From: Candidatus Harpocratesius repetitus
GTDB taxonomy: Archaea; Asgardarchaeota; Lokiarchaeia; Sigyniarchaeales; Promethearchaeaceae
DNA: 32,000 nt
Direction: 5' to 3'
NCBI GenBank assembly: GCA_021498095.1
Contig: JAIZWK010000001.1
Span: forward strand, 2,070,001-2,102,000
In this document: piece by piece, positions 1 through 8,242 of the stretch
Position numbering within the stretch: the stretch's first letter is position 1
Layout: each line of letters opens with the position of its first letter
Notes under the pieces: model-generated
What the model saw: the letters and a program-made list of their open reading frames with translations, nothing else
The model's database searches: none
What the model was told of the DNA's origin: nothing
Translations under genes and position numbers: made by a program

Positions 1-1
1 T

Positions 2-1084
2 GAATTCTCCATAAAATCAAGTGCTGTTAGGGAAGAATATCGTTTAGCTAAAAAATTTGAAAGAAAAATAATCCCCATCATTTTAAATGAAGATTTAAAT
101 GCTGAAAACATCAATTCTACGAATAATGAAGAATATTCTAAAATAATAAAAGAGCATTTTCCAGATATTTACAAAAATCAATATATTGAGAAATATCGAA
201 CTGGATACGATTTAATCGAATTTCAATCAAGCTTGTTGGCAATGGTTGAGAAGCTAACTGGTGTGCAAATTCAAGAAAGTGTTGGTTTAGTTCCTATCTA
301 TAATATTCAAAAAACAATAATTGGTTTCACCACACGACCCTTTTTACATTTCATTCCCCAAGCTTATCACAAGACTATTATCGCTATCCTCGTTGCTCCT
401 GTTATGCAAGATAAAGGAATTATAGATCCCACGAAACGAAAAATCATCGTTCAAGTAAAACCAAAAAAAAGGAAGAGAAGATCTGGGAGTTTAGCATTTT
501 TTGGAGGGCATAACGAAATAAATGAGTCTTATACTGATACCGCCATACGGGAATTGAGTGAAGAAATTAATATTCCTGAAGAAGAAATTACCAAACAGCC
601 TCTCATTAGAATTGGTAGAGAAGGTGAATTCTCATGGACAGCAGAAGATAAAGAATTTTCACGGTATAACTATGAATTCAGCACATTATATGTATACCAT
701 CTTGCAAATCGTCCGTATTTCTTTCAAGAAACGATAGGACCTAAGATTTTACCCGTTTTTACAATTCAAATAACCTTAGATGAATTATTCAATATCTATA
801 ATAATTCAACAACAATTGGTTCATTTATAAAAGACAATTCAATCGAAATTCCTGAAAACATACAAAAAAACATGGGAGATTTCACGGATCCATTACGATT
901 TAGTGATGATATTGTTCGTTTATTTGGATATCCTGAAAATATCACACAAAAAAATGGACAAAGCTTTAGTGAAGATCTACAAAAGAGAAGAGAAAAATAT
1001 GAAAAGAGATGGAAAGCTGCAATCTTTGATGCAATTCAAAATCCCCACCATCTGTCAAACCCAGACTGTAAATTAATTTTATAA
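2..1084 (+). CDS. TIR-domain + Nudix (IDI-like) hydrolase fusion protein, 5'-truncated by the window edge
   Basis: The frame of ORF 233..1084 is open back to base 2. It reads EFSIKSSAVREEYRLAKKFERKIIPIIL, matching the TIR_2 pattern S-x-x-V-x-x-E-x-x-x-A...K-I-I-P-I-I-L. Downstream is a Nudix box GGHNEINESYTDTAIRELSEE (G-x5-E-x7-REUxEE, from 503) with IDI-like flanking motifs (IIGFTTRPFLH, YHKTIIAIL, IIVQVK, EFSTLYVY). Confidence 0.75.
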   Translation, partial: EFSIKSSAVREEYRLAKKFERKIIPIILNEDLNAENINSTNNEEYSKIIKEHFPDIYKNQYIEKYRTGYDLIEFQSSLLAMVEKLTGVQIQESVGLVPIYNIQKTIIGFTTRPFLHFIPQAYHKTIIAILVAPVMQDKGIIDPTKRKIIVQVKPKKRKRRSGSLAFFGGHNEINESYTDTAIRELSEEINIPEEEITKQPLIRIGREGEFSWTAEDKEFSRYNYEFSTLYVYHLANRPYFFQETIGPKILPVFTIQITLDELFNIYNNSTTIGSFIKDNSIEIPENIQKNMGDFTDPLRFSDDIVRLFGYPENITQKNGQSFSEDLQKRREKYEKRWKAAIFDAIQNPHHLSNPDCKLIL

Positions 1085-1183
1085 TTCTTCGTTTTTTTCT
1101 TCAATTCAGGCAAAAAACTATAATTATAAAAAGATTAATGGAAATTTTTTACTAGCAAAATACGTTGAAGGTAGGTATTTCTT

Positions 1184-3202
1184 ATGACTGAATTAAAGAA
1201 AAGAAGAAATTTAAATCGAAAAAGAGCAAAAAAAAATGTCCCACTCGCCCAATTTTTTCAAGAAATACTTCAAACTAGTAACTCTATGGAAGTAATAGTA
1301 TATGAAGGACTTGTAGGCATTAAAGTCAATTCTCCAGAAGAGGCTATGAAATGTTTTGAAAATGATCTTAATCTCCTTTACAATGGTTATTTACATTATT
1401 TTGAGGAGGAATTGAAATTCATCGAAGATTCCATATATGAATATGATTTCGGCAGTAAAGAATATAAAAAGTATAAAAGAAAGATTAGAAAATTAGTAAA
1501 GGACTATCGCAAACAGCAAGAAGTCTGGTTAAAAAATAAAGAATGGAAAAGTAAATTTGAAGAAATTTTAAGAAAAATTTGGGCGAATATTTTAAAACCA
1601 GAAAACTACCAAGGAATTCAAGGCTATGTACTTCAGTATAGTGGAAATGTTAGTGTTAGTAATGATTCCGATTATCTTTATTCATCTGAAGATTTATTAC
1701 TGTTAAAAGACAGTGCTCCAGATGGTATTACTGGTATTGCATTATCCAATGAACTCTCAAGTTTATTACATAATCTCGATATATTCATAAATGAAATACA
1801 AGAAATCTTATCTAGAATGTTAAATTGTGATGATGAAACAAAATGGATGAGATTGTTAACAAGAATTTATACTTCAGAAGATTTTCCTGTTGGAGAAACT
1901 CATTTTTATGCAATTCAAAGTATGGTTAGGAATTTTGGAATAGATGGATGGGAAATTGCCATGCGAAGAAGAGCAAAAATAAAAAAAAATAACTGGTTAG
2001 AAGAAGATTATGATTACTATATTTTTCCGCAAGAACTCAAATTATTGATAAAAATCAGCAATAAAATCGGTCATTATATTAATATACATGAACAAAATTT
2101 TTATCCTTCTTATAGAAGTGGAAAGGTCCGTTCCGCCGAAAGAAAAATAGAAGATAAATGTTTTGCAATTATTAGATCGGTTACTGATTTTGATGATTTA
2201 GAATTTGAAGATTTTATTGATATAGAATATAAAGATTTTGACTACTATTGGGAAGATGACGATTTTATGCATATCAGATCTTTAGGATTAAGAGGGTTAT
2301 CCTTAAGCAAAATTCCAGAGGAAATTTTTAATTTTAAGTTTTTAAATTATTTAGATCTTTCTCAAAATTCGATTGAATATATACCTGAAGCAATCTTGAA
2401 TTTAAAATTTTTAAAAAAACTGAATTTGATCGAAAACCCTTTAAAATTAAAATATCAAAAAATATTCGAGAAAAATCCATTATTAACTTGTGAATATATT
2501 AAGAGTTATCTTCAAAATGAAAAATTGACACTGGATGATATTAAAAGCAGAATTACACAGAACCAGGCTTTAGATTTTTCAAAACATATCCCGAAAGTAA
2601 TCCTTAATAATAAAGAACAAATCATAAAATTTTGTCAAAAGCACCATTCAAGTACAGCAAAATTCCTTCAGAATTACTTGAAAATGGATTTTATTCAAGA
2701 AGAAGCAATCCATCTAAATGAAGCTAAATGGATTAGACAGCTTTTTACTGAGATTTCTACTGAAATTCCACTTTATCATGATATCGCATATAATTTCGAT
2801 GAAGAATTTGAATATCAAATTGATAAAGGTATTATTTTAAGAGAATACAGAGTATCCAGAATTTTCTTAAATGGTCTCCAACTAGAAGAAATTCCCAAAG
2901 CGATTTTTCACTTCAAAAAGTTGATAGAATTGCAACTAAAGAATAATAATTTATCAGATTTACCTTTTGAAATGGATAAATTGAAAAAATTAGAATATAT
3001 TTCTTTATCAGGTAATAACTTTTCTGAAATTCCGGTTGTTCTTGGTGGTTTTGAAAAGTTAAAGGAAAAATGTTATGAAGAATTAAAAGAGTATTGTGGA
3101 TTTGAAGAAGTAACTGGCGAAACTATCAAAAATCATATAAAAACTCGATATCATACAGAGAAATTGAATTTTCAAGGAAATCCACCATCTAACAAACCCT
3201 GA
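1184..3202 (+). CDS. Leucine-rich repeat protein with two separate LRR blocks and an uncharacterised N-terminal region
   Basis: LxxLxLxxNxLxxIP repeats: LSKIPEEIFNFKFLNYLDLSQNSIEYIPEAILNLKFLKKLNLIENPL and LEEIPKAIFHFKKLIELQLKNNNLSDLPFEMDKLKKLEYISLSGNNFSEIP. SD-like GAAGGTAGGT lies upstream. Confidence 0.85.
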   Translation: MTELKKRRNLNRKRAKKNVPLAQFFQEILQTSNSMEVIVYEGLVGIKVNSPEEAMKCFENDLNLLYNGYLHYFEEELKFIEDSIYEYDFGSKEYKKYKRKIRKLVKDYRKQQEVWLKNKEWKSKFEEILRKIWANILKPENYQGIQGYVLQYSGNVSVSNDSDYLYSSEDLLLLKDSAPDGITGIALSNELSSLLHNLDIFINEIQEILSRMLNCDDETKWMRLLTRIYTSEDFPVGETHFYAIQSMVRNFGIDGWEIAMRRRAKIKKNNWLEEDYDYYIFPQELKLLIKISNKIGHYINIHEQNFYPSYRSGKVRSAERKIEDKCFAIIRSVTDFDDLEFEDFIDIEYKDFDYYWEDDDFMHIRSLGLRGLSLSKIPEEIFNFKFLNYLDLSQNSIEYIPEAILNLKFLKKLNLIENPLKLKYQKIFEKNPLLTCEYIKSYLQNEKLTLDDIKSRITQNQALDFSKHIPKVILNNKEQIIKFCQKHHSSTAKFLQNYLKMDFIQEEAIHLNEAKWIRQLFTEISTEIPLYHDIAYNFDEEFEYQIDKGIILREYRVSRIFLNGLQLEEIPKAIFHFKKLIELQLKNNNLSDLPFEMDKLKKLEYISLSGNNFSEIPVVLGGFEKLKEKCYEELKEYCGFEEVTGETIKNHIKTRYHTEKLNFQGNPPSNKP

Positions 3203-3217
3203 TTGTAAATTGATTTT

Positions 3218-4223
3218 TTAATTCTTTGCATGTTCCTTCAATTCAGGTAAAAAGTGATATGCTAAGATAAAACTTCCTACTGCCATGATGATAGAGATAT
3301 ATAATGCAATATGCCAATTCCAATCAAAAATAATAAATTTCAGAATTATCGAGAAAAATACGGTAAAGATTGCAGGAACAGAGCCTAAAATGCCCCAAAT
3401 ATAATCAATTTCATTATTATTAAAGGATGAATAAATATAATCCATACTGAAAGGTTTAACAAAATCCCGCGCCATTAAAATTATTACCGAAATAAGCATC
3501 CAAATATAAAGCTGACCAGCAGCTAAAATCATACTTAAAGGAATCACATCAAAAATCAAATCAAAGAGAAAAATTTGTTTTTTTTTTAGGTTTTTTTGTT
3601 AAGACCGCCATTAAAATGCTCAATCCTCCAACTAAAAGATGTCCAAAACCGTAAGATTCAAAAATATCTGAAATTGGAAAGCCTTGTATGAAAAAAATAG
3701 ATGGTAAAAATGAAAAAGTGGCAGAAATCCAAGATGTCATTATTGCAATGATTAATTGAAAAATCAAAACTTTTTTGTTAACTAGTGATTTAAATGAAGA
3801 AATTGGTTGATTTTCGATTGTTTGAGTTATATTTGAAGAGGTTTTGTTTGTTTCCATTTTTTGGTTAACGATCCTGTTGCGATTCCTAAATATAGGAATA
3901 AATCACGAATAGAGAACACTTTACCTCTTTCATTTTTTGCTCACAAGCGCGTAGATAGCTAATGAAAAAGTAGTGACTCGTAAATTACCAAATTTGCTAC
4001 TTAACTTAAAAATTGGTAATATAATAATGCAAATTTGAGTGATCACTTTATATGCCGTTATTGCAACAGGTTTTTGTTGAAGATTGAAGAATAATTCGGA
4101 ACCTAAATCAATGATCTCAAAGAAACTCCAGAAAAAGAAGAATAACAAATAGATTAACATAAAATCTAGTCGAAATATATTATAAATTGAGTTATGTTTC
4201 TTTTTTGAATTAAATCCGATCAT
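3218..4223 (-). pseudogene. Decayed MFS transporter, covering track ORFs 3930..4223, 3561..3857 and 3218..3559
   Basis: Removing one base from the T10 run (3578-3587) fuses the two distal ORFs into a 6-TM MFS C-terminal half (...AVLTKKPKKKQIFLFDLIFDVIP...). Removing one base from the T6 run (3933-3938) gives YALVSKNERGKVFSIRDLFLYLGIATGSL, an MFS TM4-5 loop/TM5 pattern. LSSKFGNLRV resembles MFS motif A. TM3-4 and TM6 appear to be deleted. Confidence 0.65.
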
Positions 4224-4446
4224 TTTACAACCAGTTAAAGATTGATCATGAAATTATTTTTCAATAATGAGCAAGATACAGAAAAGATCATTTTTTATTT
4301 TTCTTATACTCACAATTTAGAATAGTAAAGTTGTTGAGAATATGTGATATTAGAAGTAATATTAAGTTGTACAAATTCAATGTGGATAAAATTCGTTTTG
4401 GATTGCAAATAGTAAATATTAATGGAGTTCTTGGATTTGTTAATTT

Positions 4447-5031
4447 ATGGAAAACGAAATTCAACACTGTCCAGATGATATTTCTATTGAAAAATTGAAA
4501 AGTGAATTAATTGCCCGAAATATTCGTTGGCAAAAAATTAAAGATGGTTCTAATTCGATAAATGGTTCAATGAAGACTGTAATTTTATCTTGTATTGATT
4601 CCAGAGTCCCTATTGAAAAAATTTTTAGTGCAAAACCAGGTGAGATTTTAGTTTTAAAGAATGCAGGAAATCTCATTACTGAGGATATGTTACGTTCAAT
4701 TTTAGTTGCAATATTAGAATTAGGCGCAAAACATGTTATTATAATGGGTCATACAAACTGTGGTATGGCAATTAGAAATATTACTTATAAAATTGAGCAT
4801 CTTAAATTGAAAATTACTCCTGCTTTGAAGGAAAAAATTGAAAAATCTGAACATCAAACTATCTCTGAGTGGTTTGGATTCTTTGATGAAGGTCAATGGA
4901 TTAAAAACGCCAAGATTCAAGGTGAAAAATTAAAAAAATGGTTAGAAGTATTACTTAAAGAAGAAGATCGCCCAAATATTATTATTGCTTTATATAATCT
5001 TGATTCTGGTGAAGTATCTTTTCCTGAGTAA
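4447..5031 (+). CDS. Beta-class carbonic anhydrase
   Basis: Zinc-ligand motifs SCIDSRV (C-x-D-x-R) and GHTNCGM (H-x-x-C), plus KNAGN. Confidence 0.92.
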   Translation: MENEIQHCPDDISIEKLKSELIARNIRWQKIKDGSNSINGSMKTVILSCIDSRVPIEKIFSAKPGEILVLKNAGNLITEDMLRSILVAILELGAKHVIIMGHTNCGMAIRNITYKIEHLKLKITPALKEKIEKSEHQTISEWFGFFDEGQWIKNAKIQGEKLKKWLEVLLKEEDRPNIIIALYNLDSGEVSFPE

Positions 5032-5089
5032 AAATCTTTTATTTATTTTTTATTATTAATATCAGATTTACACCTATTTTTTTCCCTAC

Positions 5090-5977
5090 TTATTCAATAA
5101 GAGAATGGTAATTGTCAAATCTGTGCACTTTTTTCATCGGAAATATGAGTGTTATCACACTTAAACAGCAAATCATACTAAAAGTAATTATCAAAGAAGT
5201 ATAAATCAAATAAGGTGGAAGTTCTGAACCATTAGAATAAAGATATACAATAAAGATAATCAAAAGTCCAATAGGAAACGAAGAAAAGATAAAAATCTTT
5301 TTCAATTGCTTTCGATTATTATAAGGATTTGAGACTTCTTTGTTCGAATCTGAGTAATAAAACACTTTAGATTGAGTAAATCGAAATATAAATGTTACTA
5401 AAAGTAATTTAAACATATCACCGGGTAAAAATGGAAATAATCCAAGATTCAAGGCTATTTTCAATTTTAACCCTAATATTAGAAGCATAGAAACTCCAGA
5501 GATATAAATAATTGAAGTTGCAAAAAAGCCAATTGAAAGAATTCTAAGAAATGAAAGATGCTCATTACTTTTTTCTTTGATCCAACCAATTGTCCATGCA
5601 GAAAAAACGAAACCTATTAAGTATCCACTGGTTGAACCTATTAGAACAGAAATTCCTGATTTCATACCTGAAAACCAAGGAATACCGGCAATTCCTCCAA
5701 AAATATACAATATTTGAGATAAAACTCCTTTATTTTTTCCTAATATAAAGCCGGATAAAAGAATAGAAAATGTTTGAAACGTAATTGGTACTGGTGTAAA
5801 TGGGAGAGTGATTGAAATTAAACCACCCAAGCCAGTTAATAAAGCAAACGTTAAAACACTTAGAAGATCATTTAATCCTATAAGGAATTGAGAATATTCC
5901 GTTCCAATTTTTAGATTTGTCAAGGAAAGTTGATTTTCTTGGTTATTGTAAGATCGAGTCATGACTTGTATAGACAA
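5090..5977 (-). CDS. bioY: Biotin transporter BioY (ECF S-component) with a C-terminal hydrophobic extension
   Basis: PFTPVPITFQTFSILLSGFILG, YIFGGIAGIPWFSG, GSTSGYLIGF and PFLPGDMFK are BioY hallmarks. Confidence 0.9.
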   Translation of the reverse strand: MSIQVMTRSYNNQENQLSLTNLKIGTEYSQFLIGLNDLLSVLTFALLTGLGGLISITLPFTPVPITFQTFSILLSGFILGKNKGVLSQILYIFGGIAGIPWFSGMKSGISVLIGSTSGYLIGFVFSAWTIGWIKEKSNEHLSFLRILSIGFFATSIIYISGVSMLLILGLKLKIALNLGLFPFLPGDMFKLLLVTFIFRFTQSKVFYYSDSNKEVSNPYNNRKQLKKIFIFSSFPIGLLIIFIVYLYSNGSELPPYLIYTSLIITFSMICCLSVITLIFPMKKVHRFDNYHSLIE

Positions 5978-6473
5978 TCATTGATATATATAAAAAATCT
6001 TCTAAATAAATATTTTAAAATGTTAGAAGCAGATATTTTTTGTTTTTGAAATTTAGAACTCCAAATGGCATATTGAACGATTAACTTTTCATCAGTTATT
6101 CTCACAATGGTAAAAATGATGTTTAAATAGAGGATATTTCATCTTTTTTAATTTAAACGCTTTTTTGAATATCATTTATATATTTCCGACTTAAATCTGA
6201 AATATCGCAATTCTTTTTTTGTCGAACTCGATTTTTTCAAAGAATTTGCTAAAAATTTACCATCCTGCTTATAAATTCTTCAATTTTATGTCGAATTTAT
6301 TATAATTATTGATTTTCATACGTTGAATTTGGTACGTTGATAAAATCGACAAAAAATAAGGAAGGATATTTTGGATTTGAGTCGGAAGAATTAAGATGAA
6401 GGAATGAAAAACTTCGAATCTTTGAAATTTAAAATATTCTCAATTATTTATGTGTTTTATTATTTTTCAAGAT

Positions 6474-6779
6474 TTACATTATCAATTCATAGCCGTTTCT
6501 CAATTTAAACTTGGGCCGAAAGTTTTTTGCCCACCTTATATGTTCATCTCGCAGTTCTTTTTCTGGAATCTGCTCCGCAGCAATTAAAGCATAATCCATA
6601 AATTTAATCCGCTCTGCAGTCCATGTGGTTTCAAACCCGTATTCTTCAAAAAATAGCTTTTCCCACTCCTTATAGCGTTCGAGATTCTCCTGCTTTCGGG
6701 GATGGATGAAAGAATCAAAATCATACATGAATTCCTCACTGTTTTCAATAAATAAGTCTCCAGCCGATGAGAGCGACAA
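6474..6779 (-). CDS. Hypothetical protein inside a higher-GC mobile-derived patch
   Basis: 101-aa ORF with protein-like composition and no recognised motif. It lies downstream of the IS607 remnant on the same strand. Confidence 0.55.
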   Translation of the reverse strand: MSLSSAGDLFIENSEEFMYDFDSFIHPRKQENLERYKEWEKLFFEEYGFETTWTAERIKFMDYALIAAEQIPEKELRDEHIRWAKNFRPKFKLRNGYELIM

Positions 6780-6866
6780 GTATCATTTTTATGAAGATCA
6801 ATTTCTTTATTAAAAATTATTTTTTTCTTGTGTTTTGTTTTTACTCAATTTTTCTACTGGTTTTTT

Positions 6867-7121
6867 TTAACAGCAATAAACGGCTAAATTCCTTGTCAAC
6901 TTGCTCAAAATTCTTTCCGAATCCCTCCTAACATAACTATCGATAATTGCATCAATTCTTTCCCGCTCTTTCTCCTCTCTATCGTAGCCTTTCGCCTGAA
7001 GCGCCCGTAACTGATACAATTTGCCCGAAAACGACGCAATCAGCGCCATCAAATCCGTCACCAGCTGCTCCTCCAGAGAAGTGTTCAATCCACGCTCCAC
7101 CTCGATTATCTGCAGGTAACA
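6867..7121 (-). mobile_element. IS607-family serine recombinase (TnpA) C-terminal remnant
   Basis: Reads CYLQIIEVERGLNTSLEEQLVTDLMALIASFSGKLYQLR, matching the IS607 TnpA C-terminal signature (EeLVxDLxxIIxxFSxKLYGxR). An in-frame stop lies just upstream, so the MerR-like HTH and the catalytic N-terminus are missing. Confidence 0.75.
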
Positions 7122-7371
7122 TTTGCTTTAATCCTTCAGAACCGGTTAAATGGCCAATTATTCCTAAAACAGGCTTAACTAAATTGTTTATTGCACCTTT
7201 TAATGTATTTGCTAAGCTGCTATCCATATTTAGATAATCGATTATTTCTTCTGCTAAGTCAAAAATATTAGGTAATGCTGGAGATTCCCGAGTATCATCA
7301 GTCCCTAATATTCCTACCTTCTTTCTACGAATAGGCCCTACGATCTTCTCTGCTAAATCGATCAATTTCAA
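7110..7371 (-). pseudogene. Fragment of an unidentified gene abutting the IS607 remnant
   Basis: The first ~87 aa of track ORF 6979..7371 (LIDLAEKIVGPIRRKKVGILGTDDTRESPALPNIFDLAEEIIDYL...) are AT-rich and coding-like. The ORF then switches at ~7110 into GC-richer sequence that is off-frame IS607. Confidence 0.4.
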
Positions 7372-7389
7372 ATTTTGGAGATTTAAATA

Positions 7390-8076
7390 ATGGAAAGTAA
7401 TTTAAATAATACGAAGAAAGAAATCGAAAATATTGGTTTAAAATATGTAGAATCGCAAGAACATTACTTATTATTCAGTATTCTTTTTCCTTTTTATTCT
7501 ATTATAGTACAGATTATAAATATATTGTATACCTTAGAACTAGTTCGTAGACCTCCACCTCCACCACATCCCCCTTTACCTCTTATAGATATTTTAACAC
7601 CATTTATCATTTTCTTGATGATTTCATTATTTGCTCTTTTAAAATTCATTTATCTGTTGTTTTTAAAAAAGAAGGTAAGGAAATTACATCAATATATGAT
7701 TATTCTAAAAAACCTTGAAAAGCATGAAGAATTTGAAGAAATTGAAAATATTCCTTCTTTGGTAAAAATTTTCTATGATTTGATAAATTATGTTAAGACT
7801 ATTCGTGTAATTTTCATCTTTGTCAACTTAGCATTTATATTGTATTTACAATGGTCTATTCGATTTATTTTAACCTATCTTCATTTAATTCCACCTGGAC
7901 CACTTCCTTCCAACCTTATTTTTCATGCTTTGAATAGTATCGCTGAATTTGGCTTATTAATATATATGGTTGTTGAATGGCATTATTTCTTACGTTGGAA
8001 TAAAAAAATCAAAAAATTAGAAGATTTTGAACGCTTAATTTTCGATGAAATCAAATATGATAATCCTTCTTTATAA
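7390..8076 (+). CDS. Hypothetical multi-pass membrane protein with a proline-rich loop
   Basis: About four hydrophobic segments, with RRPPPPPHPPLP and PPGPLP loops. Confidence 0.8.
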   Translation: MESNLNNTKKEIENIGLKYVESQEHYLLFSILFPFYSIIVQIINILYTLELVRRPPPPPHPPLPLIDILTPFIIFLMISLFALLKFIYLLFLKKKVRKLHQYMIILKNLEKHEEFEEIENIPSLVKIFYDLINYVKTIRVIFIFVNLAFILYLQWSIRFILTYLHLIPPGPLPSNLIFHALNSIAEFGLLIYMVVEWHYFLRWNKKIKKLEDFERLIFDEIKYDNPSL

Positions 8077-8116
8077 GCTTTAATTTAATTAGAATGGGAG
8101 AAATGATAAAAAATAA

Positions 8117-8236
8117 ATGAAATCCTATTTTAAAGATCGTGTTGATCAATGGATGTTCCGCCCCACTCGTATGGGAAAAATTGGTGGAAACGGACATTTG
8201 ATTGATAAAAATTTAGCGCAAGCTAAAGGAAGGTAA
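8117..8236 (+). CDS. Possible 39-aa small ORF in the rps19e leader
   Basis: ATG 8117 to TAA 8236 encodes MKSYFKDRVDQWMFRPTRMGKIGGNGHLIDKNLAQAKGR. It is in the rps19e frame and is below the ORF-track length cutoff. Confidence 0.3.
   Translation: MKSYFKDRVDQWMFRPTRMGKIGGNGHLIDKNLAQAKGR
8145..8206 (+). ncRNA. Candidate structured leader RNA upstream of rps19e
   Basis: ATCAATGGATGTTCCG (8145-8160) pairs with CGGACATTTGATTGAT (8191-8206), about 15 bp with two single-nt bulges. An inner CCAC/GTGG or CCCA/TGGG stem is possible. The segment is GC-rich against the background. Confidence 0.45.
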
Positions 8237-8242
8237 TGGAAA

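Noticed and set aside
4461-4920. Minus-strand ORFs 4461..4676 and 4720..4920
   Set aside because: Antisense shadows of the carbonic anhydrase gene.
6947-7237. Plus-strand 96-aa ORF
   Set aside because: Antisense to the IS607 remnant and the adjacent fragment, spans their junction, and has no motif.
8145-8206. RNase P RNA or SECIS interpretation of the hairpin (GGTGGAAACGG; TGGA...TGA)
   Set aside because: Far too short for RNase P RNA with no P4 motifs nearby. The core is not AUGA/GA and the upstream gene ends in TAA with no Sec codon.
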